Shown: positions 37,751 to 45,639 of the stretch, piece by piece | How positions within the stretch are numbered: the stretch's first letter is position 1 | Layout of the letters: the number at the start of each line of letters is the position of its first letter | NCBI GenBank assembly: GCA_031371785.1 | Contig: JANMKC010000010.1 | Location: 389-64,388 of the forward strand | DNA: 64,000 nt | Direction of reading: 5' to 3' | DNA from: Flavobacteriales bacterium | GTDB taxonomy: Bacteria; Bacteroidota; Bacteroidia; Flavobacteriales_F; PHOS-HE28 | Program-made: the position numbers and the translations under genes | Notes under the pieces: model-generated | What the model was told of the DNA's origin: nothing | Database searches by the model: none | What the model saw: the letters and a program-made list of their open reading frames with translations, nothing else

Positions 37751-37836
37751 TAGTTGTTGGTTGTTGGTTGTTCGGCTGGGATGACGGACACTTGGTCTGT
37801 ATTCACTAACAACGAACAACCATCAACCAACAACCA
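37751..37836. repeat. Low-complexity long hairpin (ggttgtt/aacaacc units) just after the ctaD stop
   Basis: Hand pairing of 37751-37774 with 37813-37836 gives 22 of 24 bp with a 38-nt loop; no U-tract. Confidence 0.75.
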
Positions 37837-37842
37837 AGAAGG

Positions 37843-38469
37843 GTGTTCCGCACAAGCTTGCTTGTTCTGATCTTTTGCAACGTAGGCTCAGCGCCTGCGC
37901 AGCTCGTAGACAGCGTGCGGCACTTCCTGGAGGAACCGCCGAAGCTGGTGGTGAAGTTGGACACGCACGGCTCCTTCATCAGCAACGAGAGCGTGCAGTT
38001 CGCGGGCATCAAGGTGGGCTATGAGCATGGGGGCCGCGTGCAGTACGGCATCGGCTACAGCTTCCTCTTCTCGCCGGTGGAGCATGATGTGCTGGTGCCG
38101 GGCGAAGGCACGGTGACCACGCACCTGCGTTTCGGATACGTGACACCCTACTTCGACTACGCCTTCTACGCCAAGGGCCCATGGGAACTGCGCATACCCG
38201 TGCAGATCGGCATCGGTGGCGGCTCGGTGGTGTACAATGATGCGACCGGCCGCACGCGACGCTTGCAGCACAGCACGGTCTTCCTTTACGAGCCGAGCAT
38301 CACCGTCCAGTATCGCTTCCTGAAGTACTTCGCCATCGGTGGCGGTTGGGGCTACCGTCTGGTGCTGCGCTCCAGTGCGAGCTTGAACGACAGCCTTACC
38401 GCGCCCATCTACACCTTCGGGCTGCGGGTGTTCTTCGGGGATCTGTGGAAGGCGGTGAAGGGAGGGTGA
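37843..38469 (+). CDS. Hypothetical outer-membrane beta-barrel-like protein
   Basis: GTG start, signal-like FRTSLLVLIFCNVGSAPAQ, Gly/aromatic-rich alternating strands. Confidence 0.45.
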   Translation: MFRTSLLVLIFCNVGSAPAQLVDSVRHFLEEPPKLVVKLDTHGSFISNESVQFAGIKVGYEHGGRVQYGIGYSFLFSPVEHDVLVPGEGTVTTHLRFGYVTPYFDYAFYAKGPWELRIPVQIGIGGGSVVYNDATGRTRRLQHSTVFLYEPSITVQYRFLKYFAIGGGWGYRLVLRSSASLNDSLTAPIYTFGLRVFFGDLWKAVKGG

Positions 38470-38510
38470 GCGGAACCGGCAGTAGAAACCCGGTGAAAGG
38501 GTAGGACCGC

Positions 38511-39500
38511 CTAAAGCGTCTGGAGATCCGAATGGAACTGGGGCAACGTTGTGGCCTGCATCTGCACGGGTTGATCGATCCCTTGCGTGATCGTGATAGG
38601 TGTGAAAGTGGAATAGTACTGCCCATCGACCACGGAAAGAGCGACCACCGTACCGGTGAGGCCGGTGGCCACAGGGAAGCCCGCCCGTATTTGCGATCCG
38701 TTGCCCTGCTCCATATAGATCATGCAGTTCAGCGCAGGAAGCACGACCCAACAGGTGGTGTTCGACCGGCCGTATCCGGAGGGGAGCGAAATGGTCACAT
38801 CCGTGCTGTCCCCACCGGGTGGCGGGAAATTATCGCAGTTGATGAAGGTGAAGGGGGGCCATTCAGTCCCACCATTGTTTGCTGGCCAAGGCCCCACATA
38901 GTTCATGCTGGTCCACACCGAACTGTCCTGCAGCACGCTGTCTTCCACTGCGAGTCCACCTTCTTCCACCCAGCGCAAGGCATCATTCGCGTCCAGTTCC
39001 CCGGCGAACTGTCTCATCGCGGGGTCGGGTTGGCCTGCGGGTATGGGAATATGGAAGTGTACGGCATTGGGCACCACGTTCACCTGCACGCCGTTGTGTG
39101 TGGCGCGCACCCGTATCTCTCCGCCACTGTTCAGGATACCCCGATGGCCATTGCTCCTTTCCCCTACGGTCTGCATGTTCAACCACACCATGTCCTTGGT
39201 GGTAAGGGCCTCCACCAGTTCCACCTGCACCGAGCCCGGCACCAGCACTCCGTTACCATCGCGGAACGCGTTCGGGCCGATGGTAAGCTGTGTGGCGTTC
39301 ACACCATGGACATCGCCTCCGGTGGAGGCGATGACCGAGAAGGTCTGCGTCGCGTTGGTGCGGTTCTGTTCAAAGACCGCGAGCAGTTCGTTGGAAGGTG
39401 CGGTGCCATCACCCTTGTGGCAGGCGATGAAGGGCAACACAAGGAGACAACACAGAAGATGGATGGTGGATCCGCGCACGGGAGGAAGGTTTGATAGCAT
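38511..39500 (-). CDS. Hypothetical lipoprotein
   Basis: Start trimmed to MLSNLPPVRGSTIHLLCCLLVLPFIAC (lipobox); no recognised domain. Confidence 0.5.
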   Translation of the reverse strand: MLSNLPPVRGSTIHLLCCLLVLPFIACHKGDGTAPSNELLAVFEQNRTNATQTFSVIASTGGDVHGVNATQLTIGPNAFRDGNGVLVPGSVQVELVEALTTKDMVWLNMQTVGERSNGHRGILNSGGEIRVRATHNGVQVNVVPNAVHFHIPIPAGQPDPAMRQFAGELDANDALRWVEEGGLAVEDSVLQDSSVWTSMNYVGPWPANNGGTEWPPFTFINCDNFPPPGGDSTDVTISLPSGYGRSNTTCWVVLPALNCMIYMEQGNGSQIRAGFPVATGLTGTVVALSVVDGQYYSTFTPITITQGIDQPVQMQATTLPQFHSDLQTL

Positions 39501-39703
39501 GACGAGGGGATCGGTTGAAAGGCTGCTTGATGTAAGACCGATCACCGGCGACAGTTGTACCCAAAGCACATAGGTGTCCAAGCACTGGCCTTTGCATTGG
39601 GCCAAGTGTGCGGCGATGACGAAAGGGCTTTTCGCCTTCACGGTGCTACCGATCGCAATGCGCTACGGCACCCGCGATCCGCCGCTGCATCATCACAACC
39701 TGC

Positions 39704-41584
39704 TCACGGCAATTGCTCCGTGATGATGTTCGTAGGTATGGTGCTGCCCACGTTCACGAGAATGGGATCGCGGTCGTTCGCCGCGCCCGTGTACTTCACG
39801 GTGCCATCGAGGTTCATGTCCTCGGCGCGATAACCGGTGGTGGTACTGTTCGGCGTGGTGCCGCCGATGGCCACCAGGATAGCGTCGCGATCATTGCCGC
39901 TGCCGGTGTATTTCACCTGCGTGTCTCGCGCGCAATTGCCCGCCCACAACGTTCGCTTCGTCCCCACGGTCTTGCGTGCGTTTGTGCCGTACGCGGCGGT
40001 GGTTGCCACGCGGAAGTCCACCGTGGCGGCGGTGGTATTGTTGAGGGCGATGGCGGTACTCGTCATAACGCCGAGGTGGTTGCGGTGCCGCACGGCCACA
40101 TAGTAGTTGCCAGCGGGCACGCCGAAATTCAAAGGCGAGGTGCCGTTCGCGTTCACAATATCGCCATCGCGCTGCACGAGCGCCTGCCGCGTGGCCACGA
40201 TGGTGGAAGGCGAAGAGGAGGAGCGCAACTCCACTCGCACCCAATCCACGATGGCGTTGTTGCCGGTGGTAGCGAGCACGGTGGTGGTGGTGGCCTCCGC
40301 GCCACCGCCCGCGACCTGCGGTAAGCCGAGCGAAGTGTACGGTTGTGCGAGCGGGATACGGTTCTGCATGCGCAGGCTGTCCGCCATCACCAATGTGGTG
40401 CTGTTGAAGGGTCCGTCGAGGAAGATCTTCGGATCCACCTTCACGTTCACCGAAGGATCGATGATGCGGTAGATCTTGCCGGTGTTCGTGTTGGCCACAT
40501 AGAGTTCGTTGTTCTGGTCCTCACCGAAGGCGACGAGGCCGGAGGAACCCGCGAGCATCAGGGTGTCATTGATCCAGCCGCCCATGCCATTGGGGCGCAG
40601 GGAGAGGATGCGGCCGTGGCAATAGTCCGTGTACAGATAGCGCCCGACCAATTGCGGGAACCGCGCACCGCGATATACCCGTCCGCCGGTTATGGCGCAT
40701 GAGCCATCGCTGTGGTTATGCGCCGCGATGGGAAAGACGTAATTGGCAGGAGGCAGGCAACCGATGCTCAGGTCATAGCTGGCATTCCCTTCATAGCAGC
40801 GCCAGCCGAAGTCGGGTCCGGTATTGGTGTTCGCCGACCAGCGGTCCACTTCCTCCCAAAGATTCTGGCCAACGTCACCGATCCACAGATCGCCATTGGC
40901 CACATCGAAGCAGAAGCGCCACGGGTTGCGCAGGCCCGATGCCCAGATCTCGTGCATCTTCACAGGGTCGGTAGCGTACGGGTTCGTCGGCGGGATGGCG
41001 TACGGGTTGCCGCTATGCACATCGATGCGCAGCATTTTGCCGAAGGGCAGGGTCATGTCATGCGCGCGGTTCTGGGGATCGCCCCCGCTGCCGCCATCGC
41101 CCAGGCCGATGTAGAGGAAGCCGTCGGGGCCTAAAGCGAGATCGCCGCCGTTGTGGTTGTCATAGGGTTGTGCCACGGAGAAGAGGATCACCTCGCTGCT
41201 CTTGGCCGCGCTGTCCGCATCGCCGGTCACATTGAACCGCGAAATGCGCGTGGTGCCATTGCCGGAGCCATTGATGTAGTTGACATAGAAGAAGCCGTTC
41301 TGCGCATAGAGCGGATCGAAGACCAGCCCGAGCAAACCCTGCTCACCTCCGGCTTGGCTCACGCGATCGCTGATGTCGAGGAAGGTCTTCGAGGTGAGTG
41401 CGCCATTGCCGTCGATGATGCGGATGCGGCCGCCTTGCTGTGCGATGAAGAGGCGTGCATCGCCGGCGCTCACGATATCGATCGGACTGGAGAAGCCGGC
41501 TGCTACGAATTCGAGGCTGACGGTGGGTTGTGCGATCAGTGTGAACGACAGGGCGAGGGCCATTGCCGCGAATAAATGTTTCAT
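39704..41584 (-). CDS. PQQ-dependent sugar (glucose/sorbosone) dehydrogenase-like beta-propeller with C-terminal extension
   Basis: GEQGLLGLVFDP, DNHNGGDLALGPDGFLYIGLGDGGSGGDPQN, GLRNPWRF, GDVGQNLWEE; roughly 230-aa C-terminal extension with repeated KYTGxxNDRDxILV. Confidence 0.8.
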   Translation of the reverse strand: MKHLFAAMALALSFTLIAQPTVSLEFVAAGFSSPIDIVSAGDARLFIAQQGGRIRIIDGNGALTSKTFLDISDRVSQAGGEQGLLGLVFDPLYAQNGFFYVNYINGSGNGTTRISRFNVTGDADSAAKSSEVILFSVAQPYDNHNGGDLALGPDGFLYIGLGDGGSGGDPQNRAHDMTLPFGKMLRIDVHSGNPYAIPPTNPYATDPVKMHEIWASGLRNPWRFCFDVANGDLWIGDVGQNLWEEVDRWSANTNTGPDFGWRCYEGNASYDLSIGCLPPANYVFPIAAHNHSDGSCAITGGRVYRGARFPQLVGRYLYTDYCHGRILSLRPNGMGGWINDTLMLAGSSGLVAFGEDQNNELYVANTNTGKIYRIIDPSVNVKVDPKIFLDGPFNSTTLVMADSLRMQNRIPLAQPYTSLGLPQVAGGGAEATTTTVLATTGNNAIVDWVRVELRSSSSPSTIVATRQALVQRDGDIVNANGTSPLNFGVPAGNYYVAVRHRNHLGVMTSTAIALNNTTAATVDFRVATTAAYGTNARKTVGTKRTLWAGNCARDTQVKYTGSGNDRDAILVAIGGTTPNSTTTGYRAEDMNLDGTVKYTGAANDRDPILVNVGSTIPTNIITEQLP

Positions 41585-41756
41585 GTGTCCGTGGGTTCTT
41601 TTCCACCGCGCAGGCAGATCTGTGCCATGCGTTTTTGTGGGATCGCAGATCCGGGAACGGCGGGACCGTGCGGCGTAAGAATGCCGCTAAAAGAAGTCGG
41701 CAGGTATGGGATATTCTTCCCCGATCGGGGTATTGTGTTGCACAACTGCCCGGTGA

Positions 41757-42062
41757 AAAAGCGATCAGCTCACCAACGAGGTGGTGTTCTCGGTGGATGC
41801 GAGTACGACTGTCACGTCGAGCGCAGTCGAGACGCGAGAACTGCACGTGTGGCCGAACCCGGCGAGCGATGTGCTGATGATCGAAGGCACGAGTTCGGCC
41901 GCTCAAGCAGATGTGCTGGACATCACGGGTCGCGTGGTGGTATCCGAACGCATGAACGGAACACGATCGGCGATCGACATCGCGAGCCTGTCTTCCGGCA
42001 TGTACACGTTACGCGTTCATGCGGGCGATCGCATGATCACTTGCGTGTTCACGAAGTATTGA
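41757..42062 (+). pseudogene. Orphan T9SS C-terminal sorting domain ORF (probable 3' remnant of a cargo gene)
   Basis: Frame opens after TGA at 41754-41756; encodes only LHVWPNPASDVLMIEG...GMYTLRVHAGD CTD, with no signal peptide or cargo domain. Confidence 0.5.
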
Positions 42063-42072
42063 CGCATCCATC

Positions 42073-43212
42073 ATGAGCCGTTCCGTTCGTATCAGCGCTG
42101 CTTTGGTCGCAATGGCGCTCACGCTCTCCGCTTCCGCGCAAACCGTTCTCATTCCGGATGAGGACCTGCAGGTGTATCTGCACAGCAAATGTGCGGCATG
42201 TATGGATACGGTTAGCGGGTTGATGGATGTGGGGATGTGGAACGCGAACCCGCCGAGCGCAGTGAACATCCCGCTGTCCATCGTGCAGGATGCTGTGCTC
42301 GATCTCACGGGTATTGACCAGTTGATCATCCCGTTCCTCTCGTTCGATTGGTCGGGAGGTCCAGGACCGGCGGTGATCTTTCCCGCTTACCCGGCGGGTC
42401 TTCAAGGCATGAGCGTTGACGCGGTGGACTTCGCCCAGTTCCCCGATGTCGCCACGCTCACACCGGCTTTCAAGTCCTTCGGCTGCTTGTATTGCGGGAT
42501 CACGGATATCCCTTCGTTCCAGACGCCGATGGAGTTCTTCAACATCTTCGGAGCCGACTTGAACAGTGGGGCCAACGTGGTGCCCTCCACCGTTACGGAA
42601 CTCATCCTGCAGAGCTGCCAGATCTCCATTTGCCACCTCCCGCCGGTGATGCAAGACCCCACCATGACCGACAATTTCATTTCGAGCATCCCACAGTTCC
42701 CGGACTCCCTCCTGTCGATCAGCTTGGACGGCAACCAGCTTACAGCCTTGCCGCCATTGCCGGAAACGTTGATCACGCTCAGCGTGCGCACCAACCCGAT
42801 CACGACGCTTCCGCCGTTGCCCGATGGACTACATGACCTGATCGTTGGCGGTACCGCGCTGGCCGCCCCCTTCACCTCGCTGCCCTCGGGCCTGCTGGTC
42901 TTTTATGCTTACGACCTGTCCACTGACGTGACCCCGCCCGTGCTGCCCGCGGGCCTGCAGTACATGGCTGTGGCGAACACGCCGGTCAGTTCATTGCCAG
43001 CGCTTCCGCCAGCCCTGCTCAACCTGAACGTGTCCAACACGCCACAACTCGCTTGCCTGCCGCTTCTGCCGAACGGGTTGGTGCAACTGTATGCTCAGGA
43101 CGCAGGGTTCAACTGCCTGCCGAACGCCGTCATCCGCGCCACACCGGGAAACCTGTTGACAGCAAGCGACGACGCTGGGCGTTTTGTGATGCCCGCGTCG
43201 GTGGCCTATTGA
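42073..43212 (+). CDS. Secreted leucine-rich-repeat protein (short bacterial LPxLPxxL type)
   Basis: Signal MSRSVRISAALVAMALTLSASAQ; repeats LTALPPLPETLITLSVRTNPITTLPPLPDGLHDL.., SSLPALPPALLNLNVSNTPQLACLPLLPNGL. Confidence 0.7.
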   Translation: MSRSVRISAALVAMALTLSASAQTVLIPDEDLQVYLHSKCAACMDTVSGLMDVGMWNANPPSAVNIPLSIVQDAVLDLTGIDQLIIPFLSFDWSGGPGPAVIFPAYPAGLQGMSVDAVDFAQFPDVATLTPAFKSFGCLYCGITDIPSFQTPMEFFNIFGADLNSGANVVPSTVTELILQSCQISICHLPPVMQDPTMTDNFISSIPQFPDSLLSISLDGNQLTALPPLPETLITLSVRTNPITTLPPLPDGLHDLIVGGTALAAPFTSLPSGLLVFYAYDLSTDVTPPVLPAGLQYMAVANTPVSSLPALPPALLNLNVSNTPQLACLPLLPNGLVQLYAQDAGFNCLPNAVIRATPGNLLTASDDAGRFVMPASVAY

Positions 43213-43691
43213 TGATATCCATTAACGTTGTCGCGGCCATCCGTAAGTTAGCGATGGATCATGAACAGAACAAGAGCATGAGGGAGAATACCAGACCGAA
43301 GGATAGCCTGTCGCTCCGTTTGATCGTTGCGGTGGGTATCCTGCTCACCGGAACCGCTGCCATACTGCTTTCTTGGTCGTTCGCAGTACCGGATCCCGGA
43401 ACCCTGGTGGGCACTTATATACCTGTTCCCCAACTTCTGGGATTGCCGTCTTCCGCCCCTACGCGACTCACCATCGATCCCAACGGCAAGATGCGTTTGG
43501 ACTTCGGCGCTGGTCGCGCAGCGGACAGCGGAGGGGTACATTGGGATGCGAAGGAGTTGACCTTCCGTTCCAAGTATGATTCCTTGGAAATGCGTGTACG
43601 CGTGGTTCCGGACTGGTTCTCCTATCATGTATTCGTCCGCGTGCATCCCGGACTTGGCCGTTACGAGGAATACGAATTCCGCAGGTTATGA
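43212..43691 (+). CDS. Hypothetical single-pass membrane protein
   Basis: ATG at 43212 overlaps the LRR gene stop (TGATG); TM LRLIVAVGILLTGTAAILLSW. Confidence 0.5.
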   Translation: MISINVVAAIRKLAMDHEQNKSMRENTRPKDSLSLRLIVAVGILLTGTAAILLSWSFAVPDPGTLVGTYIPVPQLLGLPSSAPTRLTIDPNGKMRLDFGAGRAADSGGVHWDAKELTFRSKYDSLEMRVRVVPDWFSYHVFVRVHPGLGRYEEYEFRRL

Positions 43692-45364
43692 CGGGATTGC
43701 GACCGTTGACAGGCAAAAGAACGGATCCAACGACCCGGGCGGTCGCGTTGATGATGCTCGCGTTCATGCTTTTGCTCGCGGCGGTTCCCGGTGTCCATGC
43801 GGTCACCGGTATTCAATGGGGATCGGTGCTCGATTTCTATCGCGATGAAGCGTACGTGCGCACCATTCTCGAAGGTCACTTTGGCGCCGACCCGTTCTAC
43901 AAGGGCGAGCACCTTTGGTATGCTCCCCTGATCTACCTGATCGAGGCAGGCCTGTGCAAGCTTACCAGCCTGCCACCGGAAGTGCTGCTCGTTCGGGCAG
44001 GACCCTGGTTGATCCTGCTCGCGCCCATCGCCTTCTTCGCCATGGTCTGGTATTTCCGGGGTCCCGTCACGGCGGTATGCTCCACCGCGATCTACCTCTT
44101 CTTCGCGGTGCGGCATGAACCCGGCTGGGCAGTGGCCACCTATACGCCATGGCTCATTCCGGTAAGCTTGCTCCAAGCCTTCTTTTACATCGAATTGATC
44201 CTCATCGACAAGGCATTCCGCACGCGGCGCCTGCTTCCCTCCGTATGGGCAGGGCTCGGCGCTGGGTTCACCTTCATGGGCCATGCCGCACCGGGCCTTA
44301 TCGCTGTCCTCATGATCGGAACGCTGACCGCGTGGGATATGCTTCGCACATGGCGCGCAGGCGAACATGCGGACGCAGGTCGGCGCTTGCTGACCAGTTC
44401 GACGGCAGCCCTGGCCTTCGTGCTGGCGAGCCTGCCATTCCTCTGGTATGTGGTGGGGTACTATTCGCTCCACTTGGTGAATCGTGCACCCTTCATCTTC
44501 ACCTACTATGCCCTTACCATAAGCGACTTGCGGGCGTTCCTCTTCCACAACATCCATTGGGTGAACCTTATTGGCCTGATAGGACTGGTAATATTCCTGG
44601 TCGAAGCGGTCCATGCACGCGCGAAAAGTTCCACCACGCTGGTCCTCTGGTTCGGCATCAGCTTGGTCCTTTTCACATATGGCTATGCCGTAAGCGTGCT
44701 CGATAGCCACTATGACATCCATCTTCCGGGCACTGCGCCCACATTCCATTACTACTTCTATATGAAGGCCGCGTTGTCCGTGTTCGCGGGTGCATTGCTG
44801 TACGACGGTTTCCAACTCTTCCGCCGTGCTATTGGTAAGCGCATGCGCGGTGATGCCGTGGCCGAAGGATCGGAGACGTTGCGTTCCCGTGTTGCCTTAA
44901 TGACCCTTTGGGTGATCCCGATCCTGATGGTTTATCCGTCTTATGCTTATCGCAATGACCTCTTCGTCCAACGAGCTCGTTGCATCAAGTTCGCGGAGGA
45001 CACGCTGCGCACGACTGTGTTCGAGTGGGTTCGGGAAGAGATGACATGGAACGATGTGCTCCTGTGCAATGCTGACCTCAGCTGCTTTCCTGTGATGGCC
45101 ACCGGTCGGAATTTCGTATGTACGGCGAACACGATGCCCAATCCGTATGTGGATCATTTGGAGCGTTACCTCGACAACGGACGAATGCTCGCGTCCCTTG
45201 CGGGAAACCAGGTGCCGGACCCGGCATTGTTCAACAAATACCAGGTCACGCATCTGCTCTTGACCACTGCGGAAGATCGGGCGATGGTGCAACGCGCCAG
45301 CCTGTTCCCGCTCGAACTGCACAGGAACGGGTCCTATGTGCTCTATGCCCGGCCGCACTGGTGA
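43688..45364 (+). CDS. Polytopic membrane protein, GT-C-fold glycosyltransferase-like (ArnT/PMT-like, tentative)
   Basis: ATGA overlap with upstream gene; more than 10 hydrophobic segments plus soluble C-terminal domain; no motif verified. Confidence 0.45.
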   Translation: MTGLRPLTGKRTDPTTRAVALMMLAFMLLLAAVPGVHAVTGIQWGSVLDFYRDEAYVRTILEGHFGADPFYKGEHLWYAPLIYLIEAGLCKLTSLPPEVLLVRAGPWLILLAPIAFFAMVWYFRGPVTAVCSTAIYLFFAVRHEPGWAVATYTPWLIPVSLLQAFFYIELILIDKAFRTRRLLPSVWAGLGAGFTFMGHAAPGLIAVLMIGTLTAWDMLRTWRAGEHADAGRRLLTSSTAALAFVLASLPFLWYVVGYYSLHLVNRAPFIFTYYALTISDLRAFLFHNIHWVNLIGLIGLVIFLVEAVHARAKSSTTLVLWFGISLVLFTYGYAVSVLDSHYDIHLPGTAPTFHYYFYMKAALSVFAGALLYDGFQLFRRAIGKRMRGDAVAEGSETLRSRVALMTLWVIPILMVYPSYAYRNDLFVQRARCIKFAEDTLRTTVFEWVREEMTWNDVLLCNADLSCFPVMATGRNFVCTANTMPNPYVDHLERYLDNGRMLASLAGNQVPDPALFNKYQVTHLLLTTAEDRAMVQRASLFPLELHRNGSYVLYARPHW

Positions 45365-45431
45365 TCGGTCGTCGTTATGCCATCGTGCCCGCATTTTCCA
45401 TAGGGTCGGTCGCATGCCGACGGCAGTGATG

Positions 45432-45625
45432 CTGATGCCAGAGTGATCCACTCACCTACCCACCGTTGTTGTCTTGAGCAACTGGCATCAGAAGAAGACC
45501 AACCCATCAACAGACCTCTATCATAATTCATCCATTCCCTCTCCTCGGGAGAGGGATCAAGCTTCATAGTCCCGATCCTTCGGGGGGTGAGGGCACACAG
45601 CCAAGGCTGAATTATGATAGAGGTC
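45432..45625. other. Nested-hairpin element (MITE-like or structured RNA) between convergent genes
   Basis: ctgatgccag (45432-45441) pairs with ctggcatcag (45482-45491). Perfect 18-bp inverted repeat gacctctatcataattca (45513-45530) with tgaattatgatagaggtc (45608-45625) encloses ccctctcc-tcg-ggagaggg and cccga-tcct-tcggg. Confidence 0.7.
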
Positions 45626-45639
45626 CATGCCGCGCTCGC

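Noticed and set aside
45590-45612. cacacagccaaggctga resembles the GCAGCCAAGGCAG stretch of SRP (4.5S) RNA
   Set aside because: The flanking sequence lacks the conserved GGUCCGGAAGGAAGCAGCC domain IV core and the required helix, so this is a chance short match.
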